Shown one piece after another: positions 13,808 through 23,704 of a DNA stretch of 64,000 nucleotides (its first letter is position 1; every line of letters starts with the position of its first letter). The DNA is taken from the NCBI GenBank assembly GCA_038087875.1, contig JAXLNO010000062.1, positions 124,001-188,000 on the forward strand. The letters run 5' to 3'. Source of the DNA: Malacoraja senta. Taxonomy: Eukaryota. The translations under genes and the position numbers were made by a program. The notes under the pieces were generated by a model. That model searched no databases. It was not told the DNA's origin and was given only the letters and a program-made list of their open reading frames with translations.

Positions 13808-15436
13808 CTCCTCTCCACTCCTCTCTCCCCTCCTCTCTCTCTCGTCTCCTCTATTCCCCTCTCCACTCCTCGCCTCCACTCTCCTCCCCTTCCTCTCTTC
13901 TCCCCTCCCCTCAAATCCAGCACCAAAGGTAATTGTAATATAGTGGAGATGAGCGATTCTCCTCTCCTCTCCTCAATTCTCCTCTCCTCCCCTCTCTTCA
14001 CTACCCTTCAATCCCCTCATGTTCCTTCCCCTCCTCCCTTTCCCCACAACTTCTCCCCTCTCCTCCTGTACACCCTCCCCTCCACTCCTCTCTTATCCCC
14101 CCCATCTCCTCTCCTCTCCTCACCCCTCTCATCCCACTCCCCTTTTCCTCTCCTCTCCACCCATCTCCTCTCTACCCGTCCCCTCTCCTCTCCTCCCCTC
14201 TCCACTCTGCCCCTTTCCTCTCCCCACCAACCTCCTCTGCTCTCCTCCAAACTCCCCTCTCCTCACCATCCCTGCCTCTCTCCTCCTCTCCTCATTCCTC
14301 CACTCACATCTCCTCCCCTCTGCTCCCTTCTCCTCTGCTACCAACTCCCCTCCTCTCCTCCCCACCTTTCCCCTCTCCTCTCCGTCCTCCCCTCCTGCTC
14401 TATTCCCCTCTCATCATCCCCTCTCCTCTCCTCTCCCCATCTCTCCTATCCCCTCCCTTCCATCCCTCTCCTCTTCTCCGCTCCTCCTCCCCTCTCCGCA
14501 CCCCTCCACTACTGTGCTGTCCTCTCCTCTCCTCACCCCTCCCCTCCTCCCATCTCCTACCCCCCCCCACCCTCTCCTCTCCTATCCTGTCCTCTTTTCG
14601 CCTTCCCACAAATCCATCACCAAACATATTTGTCATATGGTGGCGGCGAGAGATTGTTCCCTTTCCTCTCCTCTGCCCCCATCCCCTCATTCCCTCCTCA
14701 CCACTCCCCTCTCCTCTCCCTTCCCTCCTCCTCCCCTCATCTATTCCCCGCATATCCTCCCCTCCCATCCTCTCCTCCCTACCCCTCTTCTATCCTCTCC
14801 CCTCCTCCCCTTTCTGTGCCCTTGCTCTCCTCCTCCCCTCCCCCCCTCCTCTCCTCCCCCTACTCTCTCCCTCCCCTCAAATCCAGCACCAAAGATAATT
14901 GTAATATAGTGTAGGTGAGAGATTGTTCTCTCCTCTCCCCTCTCCCCACCCCTCGCCTCTCCCCTCCTTCACTCATCTACTCCCCACATATCCTCTTTTC
15001 TTCCCCTCTCCTCCCCTCCTCTTTGCTCCCTCTCCCTCTCCCCTCACCTCCTCTCCTCCTCTCTCCTCTTTCCCTGCCCCACCAATCTTCTCTCCCCTCC
15101 CCTCTTCTCTCTGCTCCTCTCTCCTCCTCTCCACACCTCCCCTCCTCTTTGCTCCCTCTCCTCTCCCCTCTTCTCTCCCCTCCTCTCTCCTCCACCCCTC
15201 CCCTCTCCACTCCTCTCCTCTCATCTCCTCTCCAGCTCTCCACCCCTTCTCTCCTCTTCATGCCTCTCCTCCCCTCTCCACACCTCCCCTACCCTCAAAC
15301 CCAGCACCAAAAAAAATTGCAAAATGGATAGTTGAGAGATTGTCTCCTCTTCATTCCCCTCCCTCTCCTCTTCACACTTCTCCTATTCTCTCCTCTCCTC
15401 CCACCTCTCTGCTCCCCTCAATCTCCCGCTCCCCTT

Positions 15437-15692
15437 CATAGAAACATAAAAAATAGGTGCAAGAGTAGGCCATTCGGCCCTTCGCGCCTGCACCGCCATT
15501 CAATATGATCATGGCTGATCATCCAACTCAGTATCCTGTACCTGCCTTCTCTCCATACCCCCTCATCCCTTTAGCCACAAGGGCCACATCTAACTCCCTG
15601 TTAAATATAGCCAATGAACTGGCCTCAACTACCTTCTGTGGCAGAGAATTCCACAGATTCACCACTCTCTGTGTAAAAAATGATGTTCTCAT
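15437..15692 (-). mobile_element. CR1 LINE 3' end fragment
   Basis: Near-identical to 1855-2098 (ATAGAAA...ATAGGTGCA...CATTCGGCCCTTCG). Confidence 0.85.
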
Positions 15693-16299
15693 TTCCCCTC
15701 TCATCTCTCCTCCTCTCCTCTCTCCACTACTCTCCTCCCCTCTCCCTCATTCTCTCTCCCCTCACAACTAGCACCAAAGATAATTGCAAAATGGACTAGG
15801 TGATAGATTGTCTCCTCTCCTCTCCTCTCCTCTCTTCTCATCTCCTCCCCTCACATTTCCTCCACATAACCTCCTCTCTTCCCTCCTTTCCTCTCCCCTC
15901 CTTTCCTCACCCTTTCCTCTCCTCTCCTCTCCTCTCCTCCCTGCTTCTCTTGTAAATCATGGCCAAAATAGAGCCAAAATAAAGCAGAGGATTCATGCAT
16001 TCAAAAGGCCTTTTAGCCATTTGTGTATAAGAAGCCACAGGCTGCTAGCTGGTGCCGGGAAGTCTAGGTCCCAGATCGGTAGCTCAGATAAGGAAGGTCC
16101 AAGTATCTTTGTAATTGTTAGTATGTATGAGAATCTTGCAGAGAAACTCCAAGGTATTGTAAATGTATGAATTTGATTGGATTGCTGCAAAGGGATTGTA
16201 AATAATGTAAATAATGTTACAAGACAATTACTCTGCTGTTTGTTGATTGAGTGTTAAAACATGGCAGAATTGTTTTGTGTTCAGGGTAAATGTCCTCAC

Positions 16300-16350
16300 C
16301 AAAGATACTAGAGTAGTATCTTCACCAAAGATACTAGAGTAGTATCTTTG
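16300..16350. mobile_element. Minimal palindromic hAT-like insertion (TIR-only)
   Basis: CAAAGATACTA...TAGTATCTTTG termini flanked by 8-bp direct repeat GTCCTCAC (16292-16299, 16351-16358); internal tandem duplication. Confidence 0.6.
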
Positions 16351-16725
16351 GTCCTCACTGCCCTGTTTCTCTCCCCCTTCCGTTCAAATCCAGCACCAAA
16401 GATAACTAATATAGTGGAGGCGAGAGATTGTTCTCTCCTCTCCTCTACCCCTCCCTTCCCCTCGCCTCTCTCCTCATCCCCTCATCTATTCCCCACATCT
16501 CCTCTTTTCTTCCCCTCTCCTCCTCTCCTCTCCTCCCCTCCTCTGCTCCCTCTCCTCTCCCCATCACCTATCCTCTCGTCTCTCCTCTCCCCTCACCTCC
16601 TCCCCTCCACTCTTCTCTCCCCCTCCCTTCTTCTCTCCCCTCCTCTCTCCTCTCCTCTCTCCACCCCTCTCCACTGCCCTCCTTCCGGCTGTTCTCCACC
16701 CCATCTCTCTTCTCCTCGGCTCTCT

Positions 16726-17804
16726 TCTAAGGAAGTGGTTCTAGAAATCATGGATGCATTGGTGATAATTTTCCAATGTTCTATAGATTCAGGATCAGTT
16801 CCTGTGGATTGGAGGGTAGCTAATGGTATCCCACTTTTTAAGAAAGGCGGGACAGAGAAAACAGGGAATAATAGACCAGATAGTGGTGGGGAAGATGCTG
16901 GAGTCAATTATAAAAGATGAAATAGCGGCACATTTGGATAGCAGTAACAGGATTGGTCCGAGTCAGCATGGATTTACGAAGGGGAAATCATGCTTGACTA
17001 AACTTCTGCAATTTTTTGAGGATGTAACTACGAAAATCGACAATGGAGTCAGTGGATGTAGTGTACCTGGACTTTAAGTAAACATTTGATAAGGTCCCAA
17101 ATAGGAGATTATTGGGCAAAAGTAGGGCACATGGTATTGAGGGTAGAGTGCTGACATGGATAGAAAATTGGCTGGCAGACAGGAAACAAAGAGTAGGGAT
17201 TAACGGGTCCCTTTCAGAATGGCAGGCAGTGACTAGTGGGGTACCGCAAGGCTCGGTGCTGGGACCGCAGCTATTTACAATATACATCAATGATTTAGAT
17301 GAAGGGATTCAAAGTAACATCAGCAAATTTACTGTGAGGAGGATGCTGTGAGAATGCAGGGTGACGTGGACAGGTTGTGTGAGTGGGCATATGCTTGGCA
17401 GACGCAGTTTAATGTGGATAAATGTGAGGTTATCCACTTTGGTAACAAAAACAGGAAGGCAGATTACTATCTAAATGGCGTCACGTTGGGAAAAGGGGGA
17501 GTACAGTGGGATCTGGGGGTCCTTGTTCATAGGTCAATGAAAGTAAGCATGCAGGTACAGCAAGCAGTGAAGAAAGCGAATGGCATGTTGGTCTTTATAA
17601 CAAGAGGAGCTGAGTATAGGAGCAAAGAAGTCCTTCTGCAGTTGTACAGGGCCCTAGTGAGACCACACCTGGAGTATTGTGCGCAGTTTTGGTCCTCTAA
17701 TTTGAGGAAGGACATTCTTGCTTTTGAGGGAGTGCAGCGTAGGTTTACAAGGTTTATACCCGGGATGGCGGGACTGACATATGCTGAGAGAATGGACCGG
17801 CTGA
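16726..17804 (+). mobile_element. CR1 LINE internal RT fragment, frameshifted
   Basis: [22 protein letters not shown] and VRPHLEYC motifs over several frames. Confidence 0.88.
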
Positions 17805-18479
17805 GTGATAAATGTCAGCATCTAGAGGCTAACCTAGCACATACTTTTGTAAACTGTATAAAAAATCAAAAATTTCTGCATTGATATTTTTAGAATAATT
17901 TCTGAAGTTATTAATACTAAATTAGATCCCGATTCAAAACTAATAATACTTGGCATAACAGAACAAAGTCTAACAGTCACAACAAACCAAAGAGACTTTC
18001 TTGACTACAGTATAATAACTGGGAAAAAATTAATACTAAAATTTAGGAAAGGCCCTATAACCCCCACAATTAAAATGTGGATTATGGAAATGTCGGAGAC
18101 CCTACACCTGGAAAGAATCAGATTTTTCTTAATGGACAAACAAGAACTCCTCTAGTATCTTTGGTCTTCACACTGATGTGGGGGGCGGGAAGAAGGACGG
18201 AGCGTCGAACCCCCTCCTCCTTCCGACCCGGCCTCCACTCACTCCCCGCCGGCCTCCAGCATCGACTCCACCGACCCCCAGACCCTCCCTCCCCACCCAC
18301 CTACACTACACGGGGGTTGCACGGCCCGTCACATGCACTGTTGCCACACAACGCCAACTGGAGTACAAGCGGTGAACTGAACTGCATGGATTCCACGGGG
18401 TCACGGGTCTTCTGTCCCAGCATCTGGATTCCACACTCGCAGACGCCGGGCTGTCTATGCCCGCGGCCGTGGTGGGTGA

Positions 18480-18812
18480 TGGGGGCGGGGGGTGGAGGCG
18501 GGGGGTAGAGGTGGGGGTGGGGTGTAGAGGTGGGGGCAGGGGGTAGAGGTGGGGGCGGGGTGTAGAGGTGGGGGCGGGGGGTAGAGGTGGGGGCGGGGGG
18601 TAGAGGTGAGAGTAGAGGTGGTGGCGGGGGGAAGCGGTGGGAGCAGGGGAGTAGAGGTGGGGGCGGGGGGTAGAGGTGGGGGCGGGGGGTAGAGGTGGGG
18701 GCGGGGTGTAGAGGTGGGAGCGGGGGGAAGAGGTGGGGGCGGGGGGTAGAGGTGGGGGCGAGGGGTAGAGGTGGGGGCGGGGGGCAGAGGTGGGGACGGG
18801 GGGTAGAGGTGG
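18480..18812. repeat. G-rich minisatellite (~20-bp unit GGGGGTAGAGGTGGGGGCG)
   Basis: More than 12 tandem imperfect copies are visible. Confidence 0.85.
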
Positions 18813-19669
18813 AGGGTGCCGATGCAGCGCGGTCAGTGACTCTGGGTGAGCGGAGGGACCAGACCGTCCCCAACTCTGCTGCAGCTGAATGGGACGTTGC
18901 CGGGTTGGGGGGGGGTGAGGTTGGGGGTGGGTGGAGTGGTGGTCGGGGGGGAGTGTTCGGGGTGGGTGGAGGGTGGTCGGGGCGGAGTGGTTGGGGGGGT
19001 AGGGCGGTGGTCGGGGGGGGGATTGGTCGGGGGGATGGAGTAGTCAGGGGAGTCAGTTGGCCAGGGGAGTCGGTTGGTAGTGGTTGGGGGGGTGGTCGTG
19101 TGGGGGGGTGGTTGGTTGGTCCGGGTGGTCGGGGGGTGCTGATGCAGCGTGGTCAGTGTCTCTTGGTTGGCGGAGGGACCAGACTGACTCCAACTCTGCT
19201 ACAGCTGACGGGGACCTTCTCATCTCGTTTCCAAAGGTACATCCTTTTATTCTGTGGCTGTGCCCTCTGGTCCATGACTCTCCCACTAGTGGAAACATCC
19301 TCGCCACATTCACTTTATCCAGGCTTTTCACTATTCGGTAAGTTTCAATGAGGTCCCCCCTTCTAAACTCCAGCGAGTGCAGGCCCAGATCCATCGAACG
19401 CTCATCGTACGTTAACCCAATAAAGGGGTGAGCCGCATTATTCCGGAATGAAGGAAGGATGCAGGATACCCCAGGACAAGAGAGGGAGTGGTGCAAACCT
19501 GGAGCAGCCGGTTAGCCCTGGGACAAGCGAGGAGACCTTCACCTGCCTTGATTCTTGATTAGTGCAGGTGTCAGAGGTTATGGGGAGAAGGCACGAGAAT
19601 GGGGCTAGGAGAGATAGATCAGCCATGATGGGCCAAATGGCCTAATTCTACTATTCCTTATGACCTTAC

Positions 19670-19910
19670 CCTTGACGGCCACCAGTGTGGGCACCATCTC
19701 CTCCAAGTCTGTTTTGTTGACCTTGAACTGGCCACATTTCTCCTTGCGTGCGGGGCTATGGGCATCCTCGTCAGCGAGCACCTTGCCGGCAACCTCCCCC
19801 AGCTGCACCTTGACACCCGCTCCATTACTCCGCAGCGAGACGATGGAACTGGGGTCCACGCGCAGCGCTTTAACACAGAGCCTTTGGTGCTGGAGCCTCT
19901 CCTCCTCTTC
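19670..19910 (-). CDS. Candidate internal coding exon of a host gene
   Basis: Unique GC-rich 241 nt between acceptor TACCCCACAG| and donor AAGG|GTAAGG; open frame EEEERLQHQRLCVKALRVDPSS...EMVPTLVAVK (a second frame is also open). Confidence 0.5.
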
Positions 19911-20160
19911 CTGTGGGGTATAAGCAAGGTCGTAGGGTCAGTTCAGTTTAGTGTAATGTCACGTGCACCAAGGTACAGTGAAAAGCTTTTGATACGAGCT
20001 AACCAGTCAGAGGACAAAGGAATATAGGTGGATGAGGGGGGGGGAGGAGGAAAGAAAAAGGAGGGTTGATTGTAGGTTTGTTGCCTAAAATTGGTGATTT
20101 CAATGTTCATACTGTTGGGTTGTCAGCAACCCAAACGGAATACAAGGTGCTGTTCCTCCA

Positions 20161-20874
20161 TGTTGCAATAACTATGGAAGTCATAGAACACTTAATTAAA
20201 ACATTTATCATAGCCAGCAGATGTTGTCAGCTAGTATATGTAATCAGACATCCTGAGACTCACGTGCTTGTTAGTAATCAGACATCCTTAGACTCACGTG
20301 CTTGTTAGTTAGTTAGCAGCACTTAATTTAATCATTTATCTAGTAATAAAGGCACTAAACAAGTTACTTCTTATTTTTACTTTTGCACCTTTGTATTCTT
20401 AATAAATACATTTTGTATCTTTGTGTGTAAACATATAAACCAATATGTAACAGTGTAATATGATATGTGTAACCTTGGCTTTAAATTGGCTTTAGCTGAA
20501 ACATAATGGTGGCAGGACAGGATGTTAGAAGTTAATTTTAAGGGTGGCGAGTGAAGGGCAAGATATAAGAGGAAATGTGAAGTTGAATAAGATTGAACCA
20601 AGGTCGGAAACATAATGGTGGCAAGACAGAGAATATTAGAATTAAAGATTGATGTGAAAGGAGTACAGCATGAAAGATAGTGAGGCAGAGATAGGACTGA
20701 AGAACTGTAATAAAAGCTGCTTGTTTCTATGGATCGGAGAGCAATTAGAAAACGGACAAATGGTGTCATCTCTGACTGTTTCCGCTGATGTTTGCAAATA
20801 AAGGCTTTCGTCTTCTTGAAGAATTCTCCGAGTCTGTGTCATCTTATCTAACTTTAAGTCTTAGAACCACGACA
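20161..20874 (+). promoter_or_regulatory. ERV 5' LTR (~714 bp)
   Basis: Starts TGT, ends ACA just before the PBS; AATAAA at 20797-20802; internal direct repeats (20241-20308; 20499 vs 20608). The left boundary is inferred because there is no second LTR to compare. Confidence 0.7.
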
Positions 20875-20878
20875 AAAT

Positions 20879-20896
20879 TGGCGCAGCGAGCAGGGT
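20879..20896 (+). promoter_or_regulatory. Primer binding site, tRNA-Ser(UGA)
   Basis: TGGCGCAGCGAGCAGGGT is the reverse complement of ACCCTGCTCGCTGCG-CCA, which I recall as the 3' end of vertebrate tRNA-Ser(TGA). Confidence 0.85.
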
Positions 20897-21617
20897 AGGA
20901 TAGAGGTCCGTTCGGCAGAGGACGACCAGCCAAGGGCGCTTCCTCGCCCCACGGGGCTCCCCGGGACAACAGGAAAAGGGTGGCCAACCGTAAAAAGGTA
21001 AGCGGTTTTCCGCTTTATTTGGACTAGTAACCTGTTGAATCGGTGACCACTGGGGGCACAGAAGCGTCTGGGTGATCGAGAGGGCCTCTCCTACCCAACG
21101 AATCTGGCACTAAATTGTTCTAAAAAAGAGACCCGGAGGGTTGTCCGAGAGGGCTGCGATGTGTGGTGAGTAATAATATCTGTGATAAGTACAGCATTGC
21201 ATTGTGTGATATTATTAAGAGTTTATTAAGACTTCGTGGGTACCACCCTGAGAGGCCAGGGGTTGCACGGACGAAGCAGGTAAGAGTTTATTAGACCTCG
21301 TGGATACCACCCCGAGACGTCAGGGGTTGCACGGACGAGGCAGGTATTCTGTGGATACCACCCTGAGATGCAGGGGTTTGTACGGGCAGAATAAAGTATT
21401 TTGTGGATAACGCCTTGGGTGACTGAGGGCTGGACGGGCAAAATACGAACTAAGGTAAGTGGGTAACAAAAAGTGAACACAGTGATAACATTTTGTAGAA
21501 TAGCAGAAGTAGAATAGCAATAAGAATAGTGTAAGGTAATATAGTGACTACAAGGACGGAGGAGGTGTAAGGATTGAGTGTATAAATTAACAACGTGCAC
21601 TTAACAGGACAACCACC

Positions 21618-23704
21618 ATGATGAGTAAACTAACCGCGGTTGAGATATTAAGTAAAAAATTCCCCGTAGCCAAAGAGGATGTTAAAAAGAGCTCTGAGAA
21701 ATGGGGGAAAAGAACAGAGAAATTGAATACAAAGTGGCCCAGGGAAGGGACTTTTGATATAAACATGTGTGATGAAATGGAAGTATTGATTAAGAACCAT
21801 AGACCCAGAGATAAAACGGGGACACGGGAAAAGAAAAGAGAGAAGGAATTAGAGGTGCTTAAATTATTCAGGGCAGAAGGAGAAAGGCTGAGGAGAACCT
21901 ACCTGGCAGGAAACATAACCAAGGGAGAAGGGAGGGAGCCCGAGAAGCAGTCCAAGGGTCAGGGGATTATGGAAAAAGGAGGGTCCTTATATCCCAGTTT
22001 AAAAGACCCCGGGTGTCCCCCTCCCTACACCGGCCTGGAAGGTGCAAACCAATGCCCCGTGATAAGAGGAATAATGGAAGTAGAGGGAGAAATCATGACT
22101 GTGGATAATGTGGAGGAAATAAAGGAATATAAACAGAGAAGGGAACAAAGAGAAAAAGACAGGATGGAGCAAGAAATAGGTGGTAGAAAGGGAGATCAGG
22201 AGGCTGCAGGACCGGAGTTTGGGGGTATCCAAGTCAGCAGAGAGGGGGGCTGAAAAAAGGTGCGGACAGGAGAGTGAGTTAAGCCAGTGGTCAAGGGAAA
22301 GAGAGCAAGACAGTGAGGAGGAAAAGGAATCGGGCAGTTATTGGGGAAGTTATAGGGAGAGAAGGAGGGAAACAAGGGATGGAGATTTAGTGGAAGATTT
22401 TATAAGAAAGGTGAAGGAATCCCTGGTGCAAATGGAGACTAGAGTTAAGGAACTGGGAGCACATGTGGAGACAAAGAAAGGAGAAGCGGCCCAAGGAGAG
22501 TCAGCAAGGCAGGAATTAGAAATAGGACCTCCGGAGTGGGATGCATAAAAAAGACAGATGCAGGGGAATAAAATGATGCCATTGCTTGCAAAAAGAGCAG
22601 GACAGACACAGTACTTCCTTGGGGGACACAGGACCTTGAAGGGCTGAAAAACATTCTGCCTAACATATATGATGGGGCAGGAAAATGGATAAGGGCCTTT
22701 GAGGAGGAAACCACAGGACGCATATTGGCTATGGGAGATATAAAGGCACTTCTGGCGAAAGTAATAGGAACCACGAAACTGGCGGAACTCCTGAAAAAGG
22801 CAGGCATAAATAACACAGCGGGCAATCCACTGATTGACGGCCGACCATTTGACACAGTCAGGCCATTGGTATGGCAGGCCCTCAGATACAGCTACCCGCT
22901 TAAAGTGGACCCCAAGGCATTGAAGGGGGACTCACTGGGGGACACAGAAAACCCAGCAGCGTATCTAGAGGGCCAGTTGAAAAAGTGGAGACTTGAAACT
23001 GAACAAGGAATAGACGGCAATGAGCTGATGATCACTCTGTTCCGAGCTGCTATTGTATGCCATGCCCGTTCAAGTAAAGTCCAGGCTGGAGGAGGTGGTG
23101 GGACTGTCAACAATGCCACACGTCCAGTTCAGGGATCACTTGGTCCATGCAGTCGACAAATACCGCAAAGATAAAAAAAGACTGACAGACCAGCAGGAGG
23201 AGGTGCAAAGAAAACTGGTACAAATGCAGCTTGACGAACTAAAAAGAAGAGCGTGTAAAAGGAAAAAAAATGCTCGCAATAACAACAGAACCGGCTGAAA
23301 CAGCTGAAATGAGTGACGCACCAACACGTAGTGAGTCCTATGCCAGAGCCAGACAAGGGCCGGAAACTTCTGGGCCAGTAGTAAATGTCTTTGCGACGTT
23401 CCCTCAAATGCCTTATCAGGGACGGGGTAAATCAGGAAACCAGCCCAGACAGGACTGGGGCCCCCAAGGGGGAGGATTACAAGGAGGGGGACGAGGGAGG
23501 CCAGTAAGGAAACAGGTAGTTGATATGGTGTGTTGGGGATGTGGTCAGGTAGGGCATGTGAGAAGGGACTGTCAGAACCGTCCATGGTCCAGACCATACC
23601 AACAGGTACCAATGGAGGGTGGACAATACCTCGCCCCAGGGATAGCCCCAGCAGACCCGATTGAAAGCCCGGCTGGACCCATAAACCCCTATACTAGATA
23701 TTAG
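21618..23704 (+). pseudogene. gag: ERV gag (frameshifted)
   Basis: Kozak ACCACCATG; KWPREGTFD matrix-like motif; LYPSL and PPPY late domains; single zinc knuckle CWGCGQVGHVRRDC; ends at TAG. Confidence 0.88.

Larger units (their letters stand above)
803..16725. repeat. Complex CT-rich satellite with interspersed conserved ~50-bp motif (interrupted by TEs)
   Basis: Polypyrimidine (CTCCT-like) tracts separated by ~16 copies of AAATCCAGCACCAAAGATAATTGTAATATGGTGCAGGTGAGAGATTGTCTC (near 861, 941, 1267, 1452, 1822, 7908, 8049, 8214, 8649, 13392, 13912, 14609, 14878, 15296, 15765, 16385). Confidence 0.9.

Noticed and set aside
860..16432. CRISPR-like repeat-spacer appearance
   Set aside because: Spacers are low-complexity and highly variable in length, repeats are degenerate, there are no cas genes, and the context is vertebrate.
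773..16920. Dozens of long Pro/Ser/Leu- or Gly/Arg/Glu-rich ORFs
   Set aside because: Artefacts of CT/GA low-complexity DNA lacking stop codons; open in several frames at once.
19883..19895. 13-nt match TCCAGCACCAAAG between the minus-strand exon and the satellite motif
   Set aside because: Opposite strand and no extension beyond 13 nt; probably chance.
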